Below, in pieces: positions 52,349 through 64,000 of a stretch of DNA of 64,000 nt. The stretch is from Lama guanicoe (lineage: Eukaryota). The stretch spans positions 2,640,282-2,704,281 of the forward strand of contig MU054400.1 in the NCBI GenBank assembly GCA_013239625.1, in the 5' to 3' direction. Under the pieces are notes generated by a model. That model ran no database searches, was not told where the DNA came from, and saw only the letters and a list, made by a program, of their open reading frames with translations. The position numbers and the translations under genes were made by a program. Each line of letters begins with the position of its first letter. Within the stretch, counting starts at the first letter, position 1.

Positions 52349-52906
52349 TTTTCTTTCTTCTTTTCTTTCTTTCTTTCTTTTATTATTTATTTATTTATTT
52401 ACTTTTTTTATTGATTTATAATCATTTTACAATGTTGTTTCAAATTCCAGTTAGAGCACAATTTTTCAGTTATATACGAACATATATATATTCATTGTCA
52501 CATTTTTTCTCTGTGAGCTACCATAAGATCTTGTATATGTTTCCCTGTGCTATACAGTATAATCTTGTTTATTTATTCTGCAATTTTGAAATCCCAGTCT
52601 GTCTCTTCCCACCCTCCGACACCTTTGGCAACCACAAGTTTGTATTCTATGTCTGTGAGTCTATTTCTGTTTTGTATTTATGCTTTGTTTGTTTGCTTGT
52701 TTGTTTGTTTAGATTCCACATATGAGCGATCTCATATGGTATTTTTCTTTCTCTTTCTGGCTTACTTCACTTAGAATGACATTCTCCAGGAGCATCCATG
52801 TTGCTGCAAATGGCATTATGTTGTCAGTTTTCATGGCTGAGTAGTATTCCATTGTATAAATATACCACATCTTCTTTATCCAGTCATCTGTTGATGGATA
52901 TTTAAG
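52349..52906 (-). mobile_element. Young camelid-type L1 3' end
   Basis: 'ttgatttataatcattttacaatg...gagctaccataagatcttgtata...ccagtcatctgttgatgga'. Confidence 0.9.
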
Positions 52907-53107
52907 CTTCTTTTTTTTCTTTTAAAATTTCCTCCTTTTCTTTTTTCTTTCTAATTAAATTATTTTTTAAAAATCTCTTATTTATTTATTTATTGGAGGG
53001 GGTAAGTAATTAGGTTTATTTATTTTTAATGGAGGTACTGGGGATTGAACCCAGGACCTCCTGCATGCTAAGCGCACACTCTACCACTAAGCTATACCCT
53101 CCCTCCA
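52907..53107 (-). mobile_element. Vic-1-type SINE
   Basis: 'aatggaggtactggggattgaacccaggacctcctgcatgctaagc...ctaccactaagctataccctccc' with 'taattaggtttattt' tail. Confidence 0.9.
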
Positions 53108-53328
53108 GGGCCAGTCTTTTCTCAGCATTCGCACCTCTACACAGTGCCTTCTTCACTTCACCATGTGCAGCTTGGGCATTTATGTTGAAGATGGTTTTCT
53201 AAGTGAAATCTTAAACTTTGTTTGGACTATAGTACTGTTTTGTCTACAATACTTTTTAGCCATCTTACCTCTGGTTCAGCTATATTTTGAAAATACAGTT
53301 TAAGAAGGAGCTTATTGTATGTGAAAGT

Positions 53329-53734
53329 TGTTAAGTTATTTATAGTAGAATATATAGATACAATTAAAAACCAGAACTTGAGTACATTTTGGCTTTATAC
53401 AATGATTCATGAATCAGGGAGCATCTGATCTAGCAGATAGAATGAGCTCTGAAGGGCTGTCCAAGGTAAGAGGTTTCATAGGCAGAGGGAGCAGGAGCAA
53501 GGAAGTTGTGCTAGGCAAAACATCGGATCAGTTATTGCAAGATTACTTTCCTTTTAGGGGATAGGAGGAGTTTTATCACGCAGGTGACCTACTAACTAAT
53601 GCTTACCAGGTGATTCCTAATTGACTGATGTAAGACTGTTTCTGGGAGAGCTGAAACTGTAATGAAGCCTTGGTTTGGTGACCTGGGGCTTAGCATAAGC
53701 GACTCCATTTTGGGCCTGTTGACTTGTTTTTAAC
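53329..53734 (-). mobile_element. ERV1 solo LTR
   Basis: 'ggtttggtgacctggggcttagcataagcgactccattttgggcctgttg' as found at ERV1 LTR 5' ends (antisense). Confidence 0.65.
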
Positions 53735-53799
53735 TATTATATTCATTTACTTTTGTGAACTTCTCCAAATGATTTCAGAGGAGGTGTTAGAACACATCA

Positions 53800-54030
53800 A
53801 TAGCAGACACTTACTTAAATATGTAAACCCTTTCTATTCATTCACGTTGCATCCTCACAACAGCCCTCTGAGGAAGCTACCATCACTATCCTTGTTTCAT
53901 AGGTAAGGAAGCCAAGCCACAGAGTGATTAAGTCATCTTTCCCATGCCACTAGTAAGTGGTAGAGTCAGGATTTGAATCCAGGGAGTCTGGTTTGAGTCT
54001 ATATTTGTAAATACCACAATCAACTGCTCT
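53800..54030 (-). mobile_element. MIR
   Basis: 'atcctcacaacagccctctgagg...taagtggtagagtcaggatttgaatccagg'. Confidence 0.8.
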
Positions 54031-56619
54031 TCAGTGAACTAGGTATGTTCATTGCTAGTTGGAGGTGCAGCATGTCCTGAGGAAAAGAGGTATCTGTACC
54101 ATTAGGTAAGAACTATCCACCAAGACAGGGGGCCTAGGGGCTATGCTAGGAATTGTCTGGGAGACCTCAACTACAGATGAGGCTGGACCAGACCCAACAC
54201 AGGCGAGGCTGTCACTGCGACTCACCAGTGCTTTAGCTTCTGTTAGCCTCTTGTATGTTAGAATGGAGAGAAACCTGAATTAGCCACCTCCAAATGGAGC
54301 CGCTTCACCCTGGAATAAAAATGGACGACTTTCACCTTGGAATTTAGTGGGAAACACCTCTTTCTGCCTGCTCACGTGCCATGAAAAGTCCCTCGGACCT
54401 GCTGTGAAATCTGTGAGATCCCATGTTGTTTCCACATCTCTCCCCATTGCCCTTTGCTGTTCTTCCCTGGGGAAATGAGGTATGAGCTGATAAACAAGCT
54501 TTTTCAAAGACTTGCCTTTTGTCTCTATTCCTCAGTAGTCATGGGGAAAAAAATTCTATTTCAAAGAAAATTGTTGAGAGCCCTAATTACAGTTATTGAA
54601 AAATCAGACCCTACATGGCACTCTTTGTTGTTCCAATTATGAACAGTGTTCAAATAGGGTCACTTACCTAGGAAATTATGAAAAAATCCAAGGTACATGA
54701 AAGCCTCGAAAGTCCTTGAAAGGCAGATGCTATTTAAGGGCTGTTTCCATGACATCTTCATCCTCACTGACCCCCCTCTCTAGGAGGTAAATACATGTTT
54801 TGTACAGCAACCTTCTTTAATAAGTTCAACAAAAATTTTAGGAAAATACATTGATTATTCTCCACCAGTGATTGGAATTTTCCCCTGAATCTTAATGTGA
54901 TGCTAACCAGTCCTTTCCTGAGCCAGTCAAACTATGCTTTCCTGGAGTAGAACACATTCTCCTGACCCTACCTTTTCTAGAATATTTTAAGAGTGAGGGT
55001 GTCTTTGCTGCAATGCTTACTTGGTTCAGAGATAAGTAGATTTGCAGTGTCTGACCATGTCCCATGCAATAAAATATCTTCCATCTCATAGTTTATCCTA
55101 TCAACTCACAGCCTAGCCCATCATTAAAAAGTTAATTCTTACATACTTTATTGACTTAGTGAATTTTCTGGTCAACACAGTCTGTTGGTTAACTGGTCAA
55201 AATCATTAGGGAGTTGTAGACTCATGTTTGGGGTCTCATTTTTAACAGGAAAGAGATGACAGGGAAGAAGGTATGTCCTAAGCACAAGTCTGAAGGATTG
55301 ACTCTGTTAGAAAAGTAGTTTCAGCAGTATAGCTGTATCATCTTTGTGTTGAACAGTGGCATATGGTGTAACCCTAAACAATGAACATATGTGGCAAGAA
55401 GAAGGAGGAGAAGGAAAAGAATAAGAAAAGGAAGAAACAAAGATACTCCTTGCCCTAAGAAAAATAATTTTATAATCACAGAATTCAGTTACTATAATAT
55501 GAACTCCAGGGAAGAAAATGCCTTGTGAACTGGTTTAATATGCTCTCCCAGAGGCATCTCAAATAGGAAAATGTACCCAAAAGGAAAATTTGGAACTCAA
55601 ACAGTGAAGACTTTCTCAGTCTGGAAAATCAAAAAGTGGCCATTTATACCTTGTGCTGAACTCTGAAAAGACTCTAGGTGGTTCACAGTTTATTTTTGAA
55701 AAGAGAGTAAGAAAAAGAAAAAGGAGGAACAGAATAACAGAGAGAGAGAAAGGGAAAGAATCTGAGGATTTTTTTTTGGTCCAAAAATGTTAAAAACAAT
55801 GTTGCATAAAGTGAAAATCTACATTGTTGGTGAATCTTGGCTAGTCCTATGAAGGCAGAAGGATACTAACAGCAGAGGTTTCTGGTCCATTTTACTTTCT
55901 TTGACCAAATATCCTTCCTCTGACAGCAGCTGTGAATCGTTTTGGATAAGGCTTACTCAGCTCGCTAAGGTGAATTTCAGACATCTTTGATATTAACCTG
56001 AGGGGAGAGGTGGAAGGAATAATTTAGGGGAAACTTTTATACCAAAAACTGAAATATAAAAATTTAATTTGAAGTACAGTAATTTAAACTAAAAATGAAA
56101 GAAGGAATGCTAGTTTATAAAGGCTTTAAGAATATACTGTTTTTTTTAGATGAAATATTTATTATAGAAGGTATGGGAGAAAGGAAGAGTAGAAAGAGGC
56201 GGGAAACTTTGTACTGCGTGTACACAGTTATTTATATTTTGAGATATTTTGCTTTTTTCCTTGGGAATAGCTCTTGAGTTTGTTTGACATAAGTTTTTGG
56301 TCATAATATGTGTATTTGTATTCTACATTTTAACCTTTGTGCTAACAGCAAAGATTTGTGGAATGGCAGCACAATGTTAGAATTTTCTGTGTTATTTTAG
56401 GTTTTCATAAACAGAATTTTAAGGCTGCATACATTGTATCAGTCATATAGTTATGATATGGTGTGTTTAACCATCCTCAAATTTGGATCTTCCCATTTGT
56501 TGCCAATTTCCAAGTGGACCCAGTCTGACTATTAGACTACTGGGAATAAAGCCAGGTTAATGGGCCAGCTTGCAGAAATCTGTCCTAATATAGCTGCACT
56601 TACTACAGCTTTTGGGTAT

Positions 56620-58000
56620 TACATATCACACAGGTCCTGTGATCGGCTTGAAATATATAAAAATCAAAAAGAACAAATAAGACATAATTGTCCTTACATT
56701 CCTGAAGGGTAAACACTATGTAGGCAAAAAATGATAGTGTGGGGAATCTGGATCACAAGTGAGGCATGCAAATTATGCATAAAGCAACTCCTTGGGAAGT
56801 CAAGAAAGGCTTCTCGGAGAAAGTGATATTTGAGGTGGGACTTGAAGGCTGGGTGGGCATTTGCTCACTAAGGAAGGAGTTTGTACATACTGTGGGGAGA
56901 GCTGTGGAGGATAGAAAGATGAATCGGAATTGGAGGTTTAAAACTGAGTAGATTCAAACCTGCAGTGGTTCCTAATGCAGAAACATCACTGAATTGAACC
57001 TCAAAGAATCAAAGTTTCATGACTGACAGCAGACGGAGGAGGAGAGGGAGGGGAAGAAAGGCAACTCCAGATGGACAGGTTTGGCGTGGGCAAAGCTGAA
57101 GAGCAAGGACCTTGGAGGCTGTGTTTGGAAAATAAGAAAGATACTTTGGCTGGAGGTTAGGTGAGGGCGTGCCTAAAGCAAGAGTGGTAACAATTGAAGA
57201 AGGATGTTAGCATCAGCTCGTCGAGAATCTTGAGGCCAGGTTGAGTTTGGGAATGGGAATGGGAGGCCGAGAAATATTTTTCAATAAGTGACAGTTGAGA
57301 GCACGGTCAGTAGATAGGTGAGAAGGTGGAGATAATAAGGTGGTTCTTTTGGTAACCTTAGGTTTGAGATAATAAACACTTGAACTGGAATAATGACTGT
57401 GACCCCAAAGAAAGAGGCCAATTTCAAGAGCTATTTCAAAGAAATAATCAGTAGGAGCTGGCAGCTATTTTGATGTGGTGAGAGAAGAGAAAAAAGTGTC
57501 AAAAATGACTTAAAAAGTTTTTTTGCATTTTTTATTGAATTATAGTCAGTTTACAATGTCAATTTCTGGTGTACAGTGCAATTTATCAGTCATACATGAA
57601 TATACATATATTCATTTTCATATTCTTTTTCACCATGAGCTACTATAAGATCTTGTATATATTTCCCTGTGCTATACAGTATAAACTTGTTTGTCTGTTC
57701 TATGTATACCTGTCAGTATCTACAAATCTTGAACTCTCAGTCTGTCCCTTCCCACCCTCCTCCCCCTGGCAACCACCAGTTTGTATTCTATGTCCGTGAG
57801 TCTGTTTCTGTTGTATATTTAAGTTCATTTGTCTTCTTTAAAAATGACTTTAAAGTTTTGAGCTTGGGTGGTTTGAGTGAAATAATAGGACAGAGTGGGT
57901 TTTATGGAGAAGATGAGTCCAGTTCTGGTTGTGTTGAATTTGAGGTGCTGATGAGAGACCCATGTTCCTTATAGTTGGCTGGGAAATTGAAATCTGGAAC
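56620..58000 (-). mobile_element. L2 fragments interrupted by a young L1 3' end (about 57522-57839)
   Basis: L2 text on both sides; the L1 is flanked by an imperfect ~20-bp TSD AAAAATGACTT(A/T)AAA(A)GTTTT at about 57501 and 57840. Confidence 0.7.
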
Positions 58001-60009
58001 TTAGAGGCTCTTATTAGTGCCTTATCAAAAGGGTCCTATTGTATCTAATTTTTGAAATGTCAAAGCCGGGTTAATAAAGAGCTGAGCAATTAAAAAGAGT
58101 TTCAGGTGGGATCTTTATTTATTGGGCTTTTGATTTGCTATTTAAAAATCTGTGTATGTCAACAAGGAATTGGAAATTTTCCCCCAAGAGTAGAGGTATT
58201 TAAAATTCATTGCATTAGAAGTTATATGAACCTTTCTAGTGATTTTACTTCACCAGTGTATAAAGGCTGCTGAATTTTAATGAATCAAGCCTCAAAGACA
58301 ATTGTTTAAAAAAATCACTTTGGGCACAAATGACGCCTTCCAAACTATTGTGTTGACTCAAGTGAATGAAGGAATCAAAAACAGATGAGTTTAGTGGATT
58401 TGCAGATTACTGTCAAAGTCTGCAGTCCTCAGAGTTTCTGAATTTCTCTGAAAGATTATTTAAAACATTTAATAATATGCATCTTGGCCTACTTTTGTAC
58501 TGAACTTAAGTGGTGCATGATCAGAGGGCACAGTCATCAGAGCTGAGAATCATCAACTGGTGTTTATATTCAGGCAGCAAGGAACCATGGTGCTTTTCCC
58601 TTTTTTTGCACATCAGTCACATCAAATATTTTAAAGTTTTCTCCAGAAATCGTCGTTAAAATTGAGTAATTGGTGGTTAATCCAAAAGCCGAGACTTGCT
58701 TTCCAAAACAATGCTTTCAAAATGCTGTTGCAATTTTAGGCATTTAACTTTTTGTTTGTTTGTTCTGCTCTCAGATTATGGACATTTTATTGTTTGTCTA
58801 CCACCACTTGAATTAGTGTGGCAAGTATACAATTCATATAAGACAGTTTTAAAGGGAATACTGAGTTATCTCTTCTAAGAAAGTGATTACACCTGTTCTT
58901 TTAATTATGTAAGTTAAATACATTGGTTTCAAAAATATGTATTTTTTGAATCTTGTATTGAAGATACTAATAGATGTATTTTATTTTAAACAGATTTAGA
59001 AATTTACTTACTACTGGTAATAGCTATTAATAACTGAACCACTATTTTTATTACCACACACTATTCTTTACATGGTGTCAATGATAAATTGGGAAATCTG
59101 TCGTACACAAAGTGTGATGAGAAACAGGTATTAGTAAAAATTAGTAATAATCTGTCCTTTTAAATAATATTGTTACAGGACTCATTTGTGTGTAAGAAAT
59201 AAGCTTTTTCTTTCTTTCTTTTTTTTTTTTGCTAAGCTTCAGTCAAATTATTTGCATCTTAACTTGCTATCGTCTAGTTATTTTAAAAGTGCTTAATCTT
59301 AACTTTTTTCCCTACCATTTGCCATGTAGATTGGGATGCAGTAGAGAGCTTTAGATTTATGTACCAGTGAAATAAAAGAATAACAACAATATCTTTGGAT
59401 TTCAATCTAGAATTGCCAATGGCCGATTTTGCTAAGTAAGGACATTGATACAAAACATGAACTGTCTACTGTACCCATCTCTTGGAGCTGTTTCTAGTGT
59501 TCTCCAGTGTTCAATCCTCCTGTCCTTTCTGGTCACACAGGAAGACTGTTTCCCAGTCTCTCCTCTAGTTAGGTGGAGCTGTTTGATAGTGATCTGGTTA
59601 ATGAAATGTGAGCAGAAGTGACTTGGTTCAGTTCCAGATCAAGGCAGTTAAGAGCTAGAGTGCCTTCTCCACTTTTTCTTCCATTTCTCAGGCCCATGGT
59701 TAAAGTAAAGAAATTCAAGGTGATGGATCCACACAATAGAAGTTGCCCAGATTCCCAAATTATTGCTTGGTGAGAGCTGCCATTAGGGCAACCTGAACCA
59801 ATGGACTGTCATGTAAGAGGGAACAGCTGACATTGGTGACCCAGTAATACTACCATTGCATTAAAGAGGGTGCTTTAAACCAAAAGATGTAGGAAGAATA
59901 TCATCTCATAATTTCAAGAAATTGAATAGATTTTGCTCTGGTGCTGCTGCCAGCTGAAAACATTGTCATCAGCCAGGCCCAGCTGTGGACTAGTGTTTAG
60001 GAGCCCCTG

Positions 60010-60235
60010 GCGGTGATAAAGAGCAGTCCTTGGAATCAGACAGACCTGGGGTTGAGTCCTGGCTCTGCCACTTACCAGGTGTGTGGCTTTGCCAAGGTGC
60101 TTAATATCACTGAGCCTTGGTTTCCTTATTTGTAAAATTGGGATAATAATAGTGTCTCTATTTTAAGTTGGAGTCAAGATTAAATGACACAGTGAATGGC
60201 TCTTTGCAAGTGCTCAATAAAAGTTGGTTATTATA
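60010..60235 (+). mobile_element. MIR
   Basis: 'ggaatcagacagacctggggttgagtcctggctctgccacttacc...tgtaaaattgggataataata...gtgctcaataaa'. Confidence 0.85.
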
Positions 60236-61819
60236 TGTAGCTTGGCTTCAGAGAGGAGCCACATTTCATTATTTCTCATGTTTCCTTGGAGTTTGTGCCC
60301 TTACAACTTTAAATATTTTATAAACCAGGAAATTAAAGTGTAAGGATTTTAACATCCACTGGAATAATTTTCCTGACATTTTGTTAGGGATTACTGAAAA
60401 CAGGAAACTGGCTCTTACCAAGAGTTAAAGGAGGTGATCAGGCTGGCACATTGGGGATAGATATTTTGGGCTGTAAAGTTTAGGATTAATTAAAGAAAGA
60501 AAAGCAAAGACCACTCATGCCACAGAAGCATGTTCCCTTGCCTGGAATGTGCCTAGGAGCAAGGGGGTTGATTTTAACAGAGGCAAACAGGGAGTTCCAT
60601 TATGTTCCAGTGTATTCCGCACAAGGTTGTCATGGGTAGAGCTAGGGATAGCATATAACCATATTAGTAAGAAGATAAATTAATATTCATAATCAGGAGG
60701 TAGGTAGAGTTTCCTCCTGTTGGTAAATGTTACAAGCCAGTCTGGGTGAGTAAAATTGCCTTGTTTATGTCTCTGGAGCCACTTTGATTAGATTGGGAAA
60801 GATAAAAACGATTGCTTTTTGTGATGCAATCTTTATTCTTTTAGTCTTTAACATCTTCCTAGTAGACTTCTTCGTTAACAACATGTTGGGTCCCCTGGAC
60901 CAGTCAGACTGAGAACTTCAGTCTCACTCCCAGCAACATCCACTTGCTTAGAGATTTTTAAACTCACAGTCAGCTGAAAAATCGTTTTATTCATTCATCT
61001 AATCATTTTATCTGTGATGGGAACTGAGCATAAAAAAGCATGGGATCACAAGGACAAACTCACTATTTTTCTGACATTTTTATGGCTGATATTTTATTGT
61101 TTCTGATGTTTTTGTTTTAAAGAAATTCCTTTTCAGGAAGTACTTGTCAAATTATACATAATTTTAAAAATAATCTCAGAGATTTATGAATTGTTGTTTT
61201 AATTTAGCTACATAATCAAAGTGTTTGATTTCTTTAGATCTTGGAGATTTATTGTCATTAAAGTCCTGATCATGTTACATGTGGTGAAGTGTGTGTGTGT
61301 GTATAAATATATATATCTTATATATAACTATATAAATAGCATTGTACATATATTTATAAATAAAATTTTTGGAGCTGGCTTACTATTAACTTCCTAATAT
61401 GATCACTAGTAGTATTAGTAATAGTCACAGTTATTAGTTACAGAGACAGGATATAGCCTGAACTTATAGGAACAACTCTCCAAATTACACACAGACCTAG
61501 ACTTCCAAGGGAGCTACCACATTTGCTACAGTTAGGAAGCAACAGAATCACCTCTGGTTCCCAAGCTGCAAGGGAGTCTAGTCAATAAATTTGCTGACAG
61601 TCTCCTACGTACAGGAAGGTATAGTGAGATGCATCGGGATGGAGGTTGAGGGAGCCAACCGTAGTATCAGTCCTTCTGGTAGCACATGAAATCTGATAGA
61701 TACTTTACAGAGGTAACTTGAGGTCACACTTTGTCTGTGTGTCTTAAACAAGGAAACTGTCAGAAGGTGATACAAGGAAAGACCGGAGCAGCTGCAAAGA
61801 GCTATGTCTTCTTACAGAA

Positions 61820-62045
61820 GACTAGTCTATCACAGCATACTAAGGCCTGTGGACCCAGTCCTGTCCATTACCTGCTTTAGCAAATTAAGTTTTTTTGGAA
61901 AACAACCACCTTCGTTCATTTATGTATTGTCTATAGCTGCTTTCACACTGCAGTGACAAGATAGTGCTACAGAATCCATATAGCTTTCAAAGCCTGCAGT
62001 ATTTGCTTATTATTTGGCCTTTTACAGGAAAAGTTTATTAACTCC
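61820..62045. mobile_element. MER58A-like DNA transposon
   Basis: 'ggcctgtggaccc...catttatgtattgtctatagctgctttcacactgca...ggccttttacaggaaaagttt'. Confidence 0.75.
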
Positions 62046-62169
62046 TGATCCGTTTGGAAAAATCACTGGAAATTAATACATTGATTAGTGATCTTGCAAA
62101 ATAATGTTGGTGAATTTTTATTTTTTAACGTGCAGTGCATTGCTGAGGTCAGTATGCCAAAAATACACT

Positions 62170-62170
<1 letters not shown>

Positions 62171-62200
<30 letters not shown>
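62171..62200. repeat. (AC)n microsatellite
   Basis: Directly visible. Confidence 0.95.
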
Positions 62201-62204
<4 letters not shown>

Positions 62205-62237
62205 ACACAACCGAAATAAAACAAAAAAAAAACTTAC

Positions 62238-62385
62238 ATTCTCACAACTATCAATTTGAGAAGTTGGAGAAGTTCTATTTATGTTTTTATACAGGAATTC
62301 ACCAGATTTGATTTTATAGATCATTGGGAAGATCTTTTTAGCAGATTTCTGTATGATTTTCCCAGGCAGATGTCTTCCATTTGTT
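62238..62385 (-). other. Candidate exon (148 nt) of an unidentified minus-strand transcript
   Basis: Acceptor 'atgatttacag', donor AAT|GTAAGT; one open frame (TNGRHLPGK...SQIDSCEN); no homolog recognised. Confidence 0.35.
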
Positions 62386-63235
62386 CTGTAAATCATGGGG
62401 CAAGTTAACAGTGATTCTGACAGCCTCTCTCACAATAAGATGTTAGAAATGACAAAGTGAATTGGGTGAATGTCTTCAGTGCACCCACAGAAGACAAGGA
62501 GATTGTCTCCTGTTGACATAGCAAGACTTGTGTGATCATCTAATTTTTTTTATGGCTTTCTTGAGCAATAAGGATCTAAGCAATCTTCAGCCACAGTGCT
62601 AAACCTCCATTTGCTTCTGCCAAATTATTACAAACTGCATTCCATCCCTGCGCTTTTGGAATAAGTTAAGACGATGATCACTTTAGGTGTGTGTGGACTT
62701 GGCCCATGCATTGTATAATTTTTCACAAACCCTTTCAATTTCACAACATGGCATCTTACTCATATAGAAAGCGTTATTACCATGGTCAAAAACTTAGTGA
62801 CTAGGAAAGACTATGCAACTCACAGATAAAACAATAAGCAAAAGTCCTGCATATTTACTGTTTGTAAGACCCTTGCTTCTCACGCACAGCCAGGAATGTT
62901 TATTTCTCTCCTTCGGATGACGCTGACAGATTTGGGAGTACACTCATTTCCCAAATTTCGTGGGTGGAAACAGTTGATGTTGCCTGTCTGCCCTACACTC
63001 TGTGCCACATATTTAAAACAGCCTCTCAGTCTCTGAAGGGTAGGAGATTATTTCTTTTGCTGTCAGTGCTATTTTATTAGTCTTCTTTTTAAAAACTGTT
63101 CCTTGTTAAATTCTCTTCATATCCCAGTTTGGTTCTCTAAGGGTCCCTCTGCCCACTGATGCATCAACTCTCCACAAATTACATTGAGGTTGTTCTGCAG
63201 GGATATGGCCAATGAGGTGATGGAATGACTCCCAC

Positions 63236-63352
63236 CTCTCCATACTGCAGGTCTTCCAGCATCTTTCTGATTGGTGGCTTTGCCTGCTGTTTTCAGTGCC
63301 TGGTCTTCTTTGTTAACTTCTGTCTTCTGACTGTCACATTATCCGTGATACC
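63236..63352 (-). other. Candidate exon (117 nt) upstream of the previous one
   Basis: Acceptor 'tctctttgctag', donor GAG|GTGGGA; ATG in AGTATGG context at 63243-63241. Confidence 0.3.
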
Positions 63353-64000
63353 CTAGCAAAGAGACATCCAATTTCTGTTTCCTTCATATCACTTTAGACC
63401 TTCTGTCTGTCTGCCTACTCTTGTTTCCAGAATGCTACATCTAGGTTCATACTTTCTGATGCTGTGCTTAGAAGCATTTTTGGGAAAAGTTTTTCTGTGC
63501 CCACAGTGCGGGAGTGTTGGTGTAATTCCTCTTACCTGCACAAGTGGTATTTCAAGAGAAGGGATTATACTTAAAATACGGATTTTATTATTGAGATGGA
63601 GATTTGGGGGAAATGTCAGGAGAGTGTGAAAGGCACTCTGTGCTCAAATGAGGTTGAGTTTTCCAGTGAACAAAACTTTAGAAACTGTTTCGTCAATGGT
63701 GTGAAACCATGTGGTTGTGGGATTAATAAGGAAAAAGCTCTGGGGAGAGAGTTTGGTTTAACAAAGGGCTCAGAAATGAAAGATAAATCGGATGAGGTTT
63801 GCTTGAGATAAAAGGAGGACTCAGGGGACTGAGAAGCTCATTTTCCTCAAAAAGCACAGTTGAAGAATGAGAAGGGGCTGGAACGGGGGTTTCCATTTAC
63901 TGTGGCTCAGTGAAGAGAGCAAGGGCTTTGGAATCTAAGACTTGCATTTTGGTTCCACCCTGATGGCCTGTATGAGTTTGGTCAAGTTACTTCAAAGCCT

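Noticed and set aside
6470..59260. Multiple ATGCAAAT octamers across the window
   Set aside because: Scattered, some inside repeats, and not clearly above expectation for AT-rich DNA.
1..64000. CRISPR arrays, operons, intact retroviral or L1 ORFs
   Set aside because: Eukaryotic repeat-rich DNA with no regularly spaced repeats and no long ORFs.

Overview
Mammalian, almost certainly camelid (Camelus/Vicugna) genomic DNA, based on tRNA-Ala-derived Vic-1-type SINEs and young artiodactyl-type L1 3' ends. The window is gene-poor and dense in repeats (MIR, L2, old and young L1, MLT1/ERVL/ERV1 solo LTRs, hAT DNA transposons, microsatellites). I recognise no known protein-coding gene; the ORF track looks like background. 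The main discovery is that the only CpG island (about 3810-4750) is not native to this site. It lies inside a 2045-bp insertion (3719-5763) that splits a MER74-like solo LTR, is flanked by an exact 15-bp target-site duplication, and ends in a minus-strand AATAAA plus degenerate poly(A). This looks like a CpG-island promoter with its first exons, moved here by L1-mediated retrotransposition of an antisense RNA that ended in an ERV1 LTR poly(A) site. Also present: a second orphan retroposed fragment, a twin-primed L1, a CpG- and motif-rich patch in an MLT1 LTR, and weak candidate spliced transcripts on both strands. Repeat family names come from my recall of consensus sequences, and boundaries are approximate unless TSDs are given.
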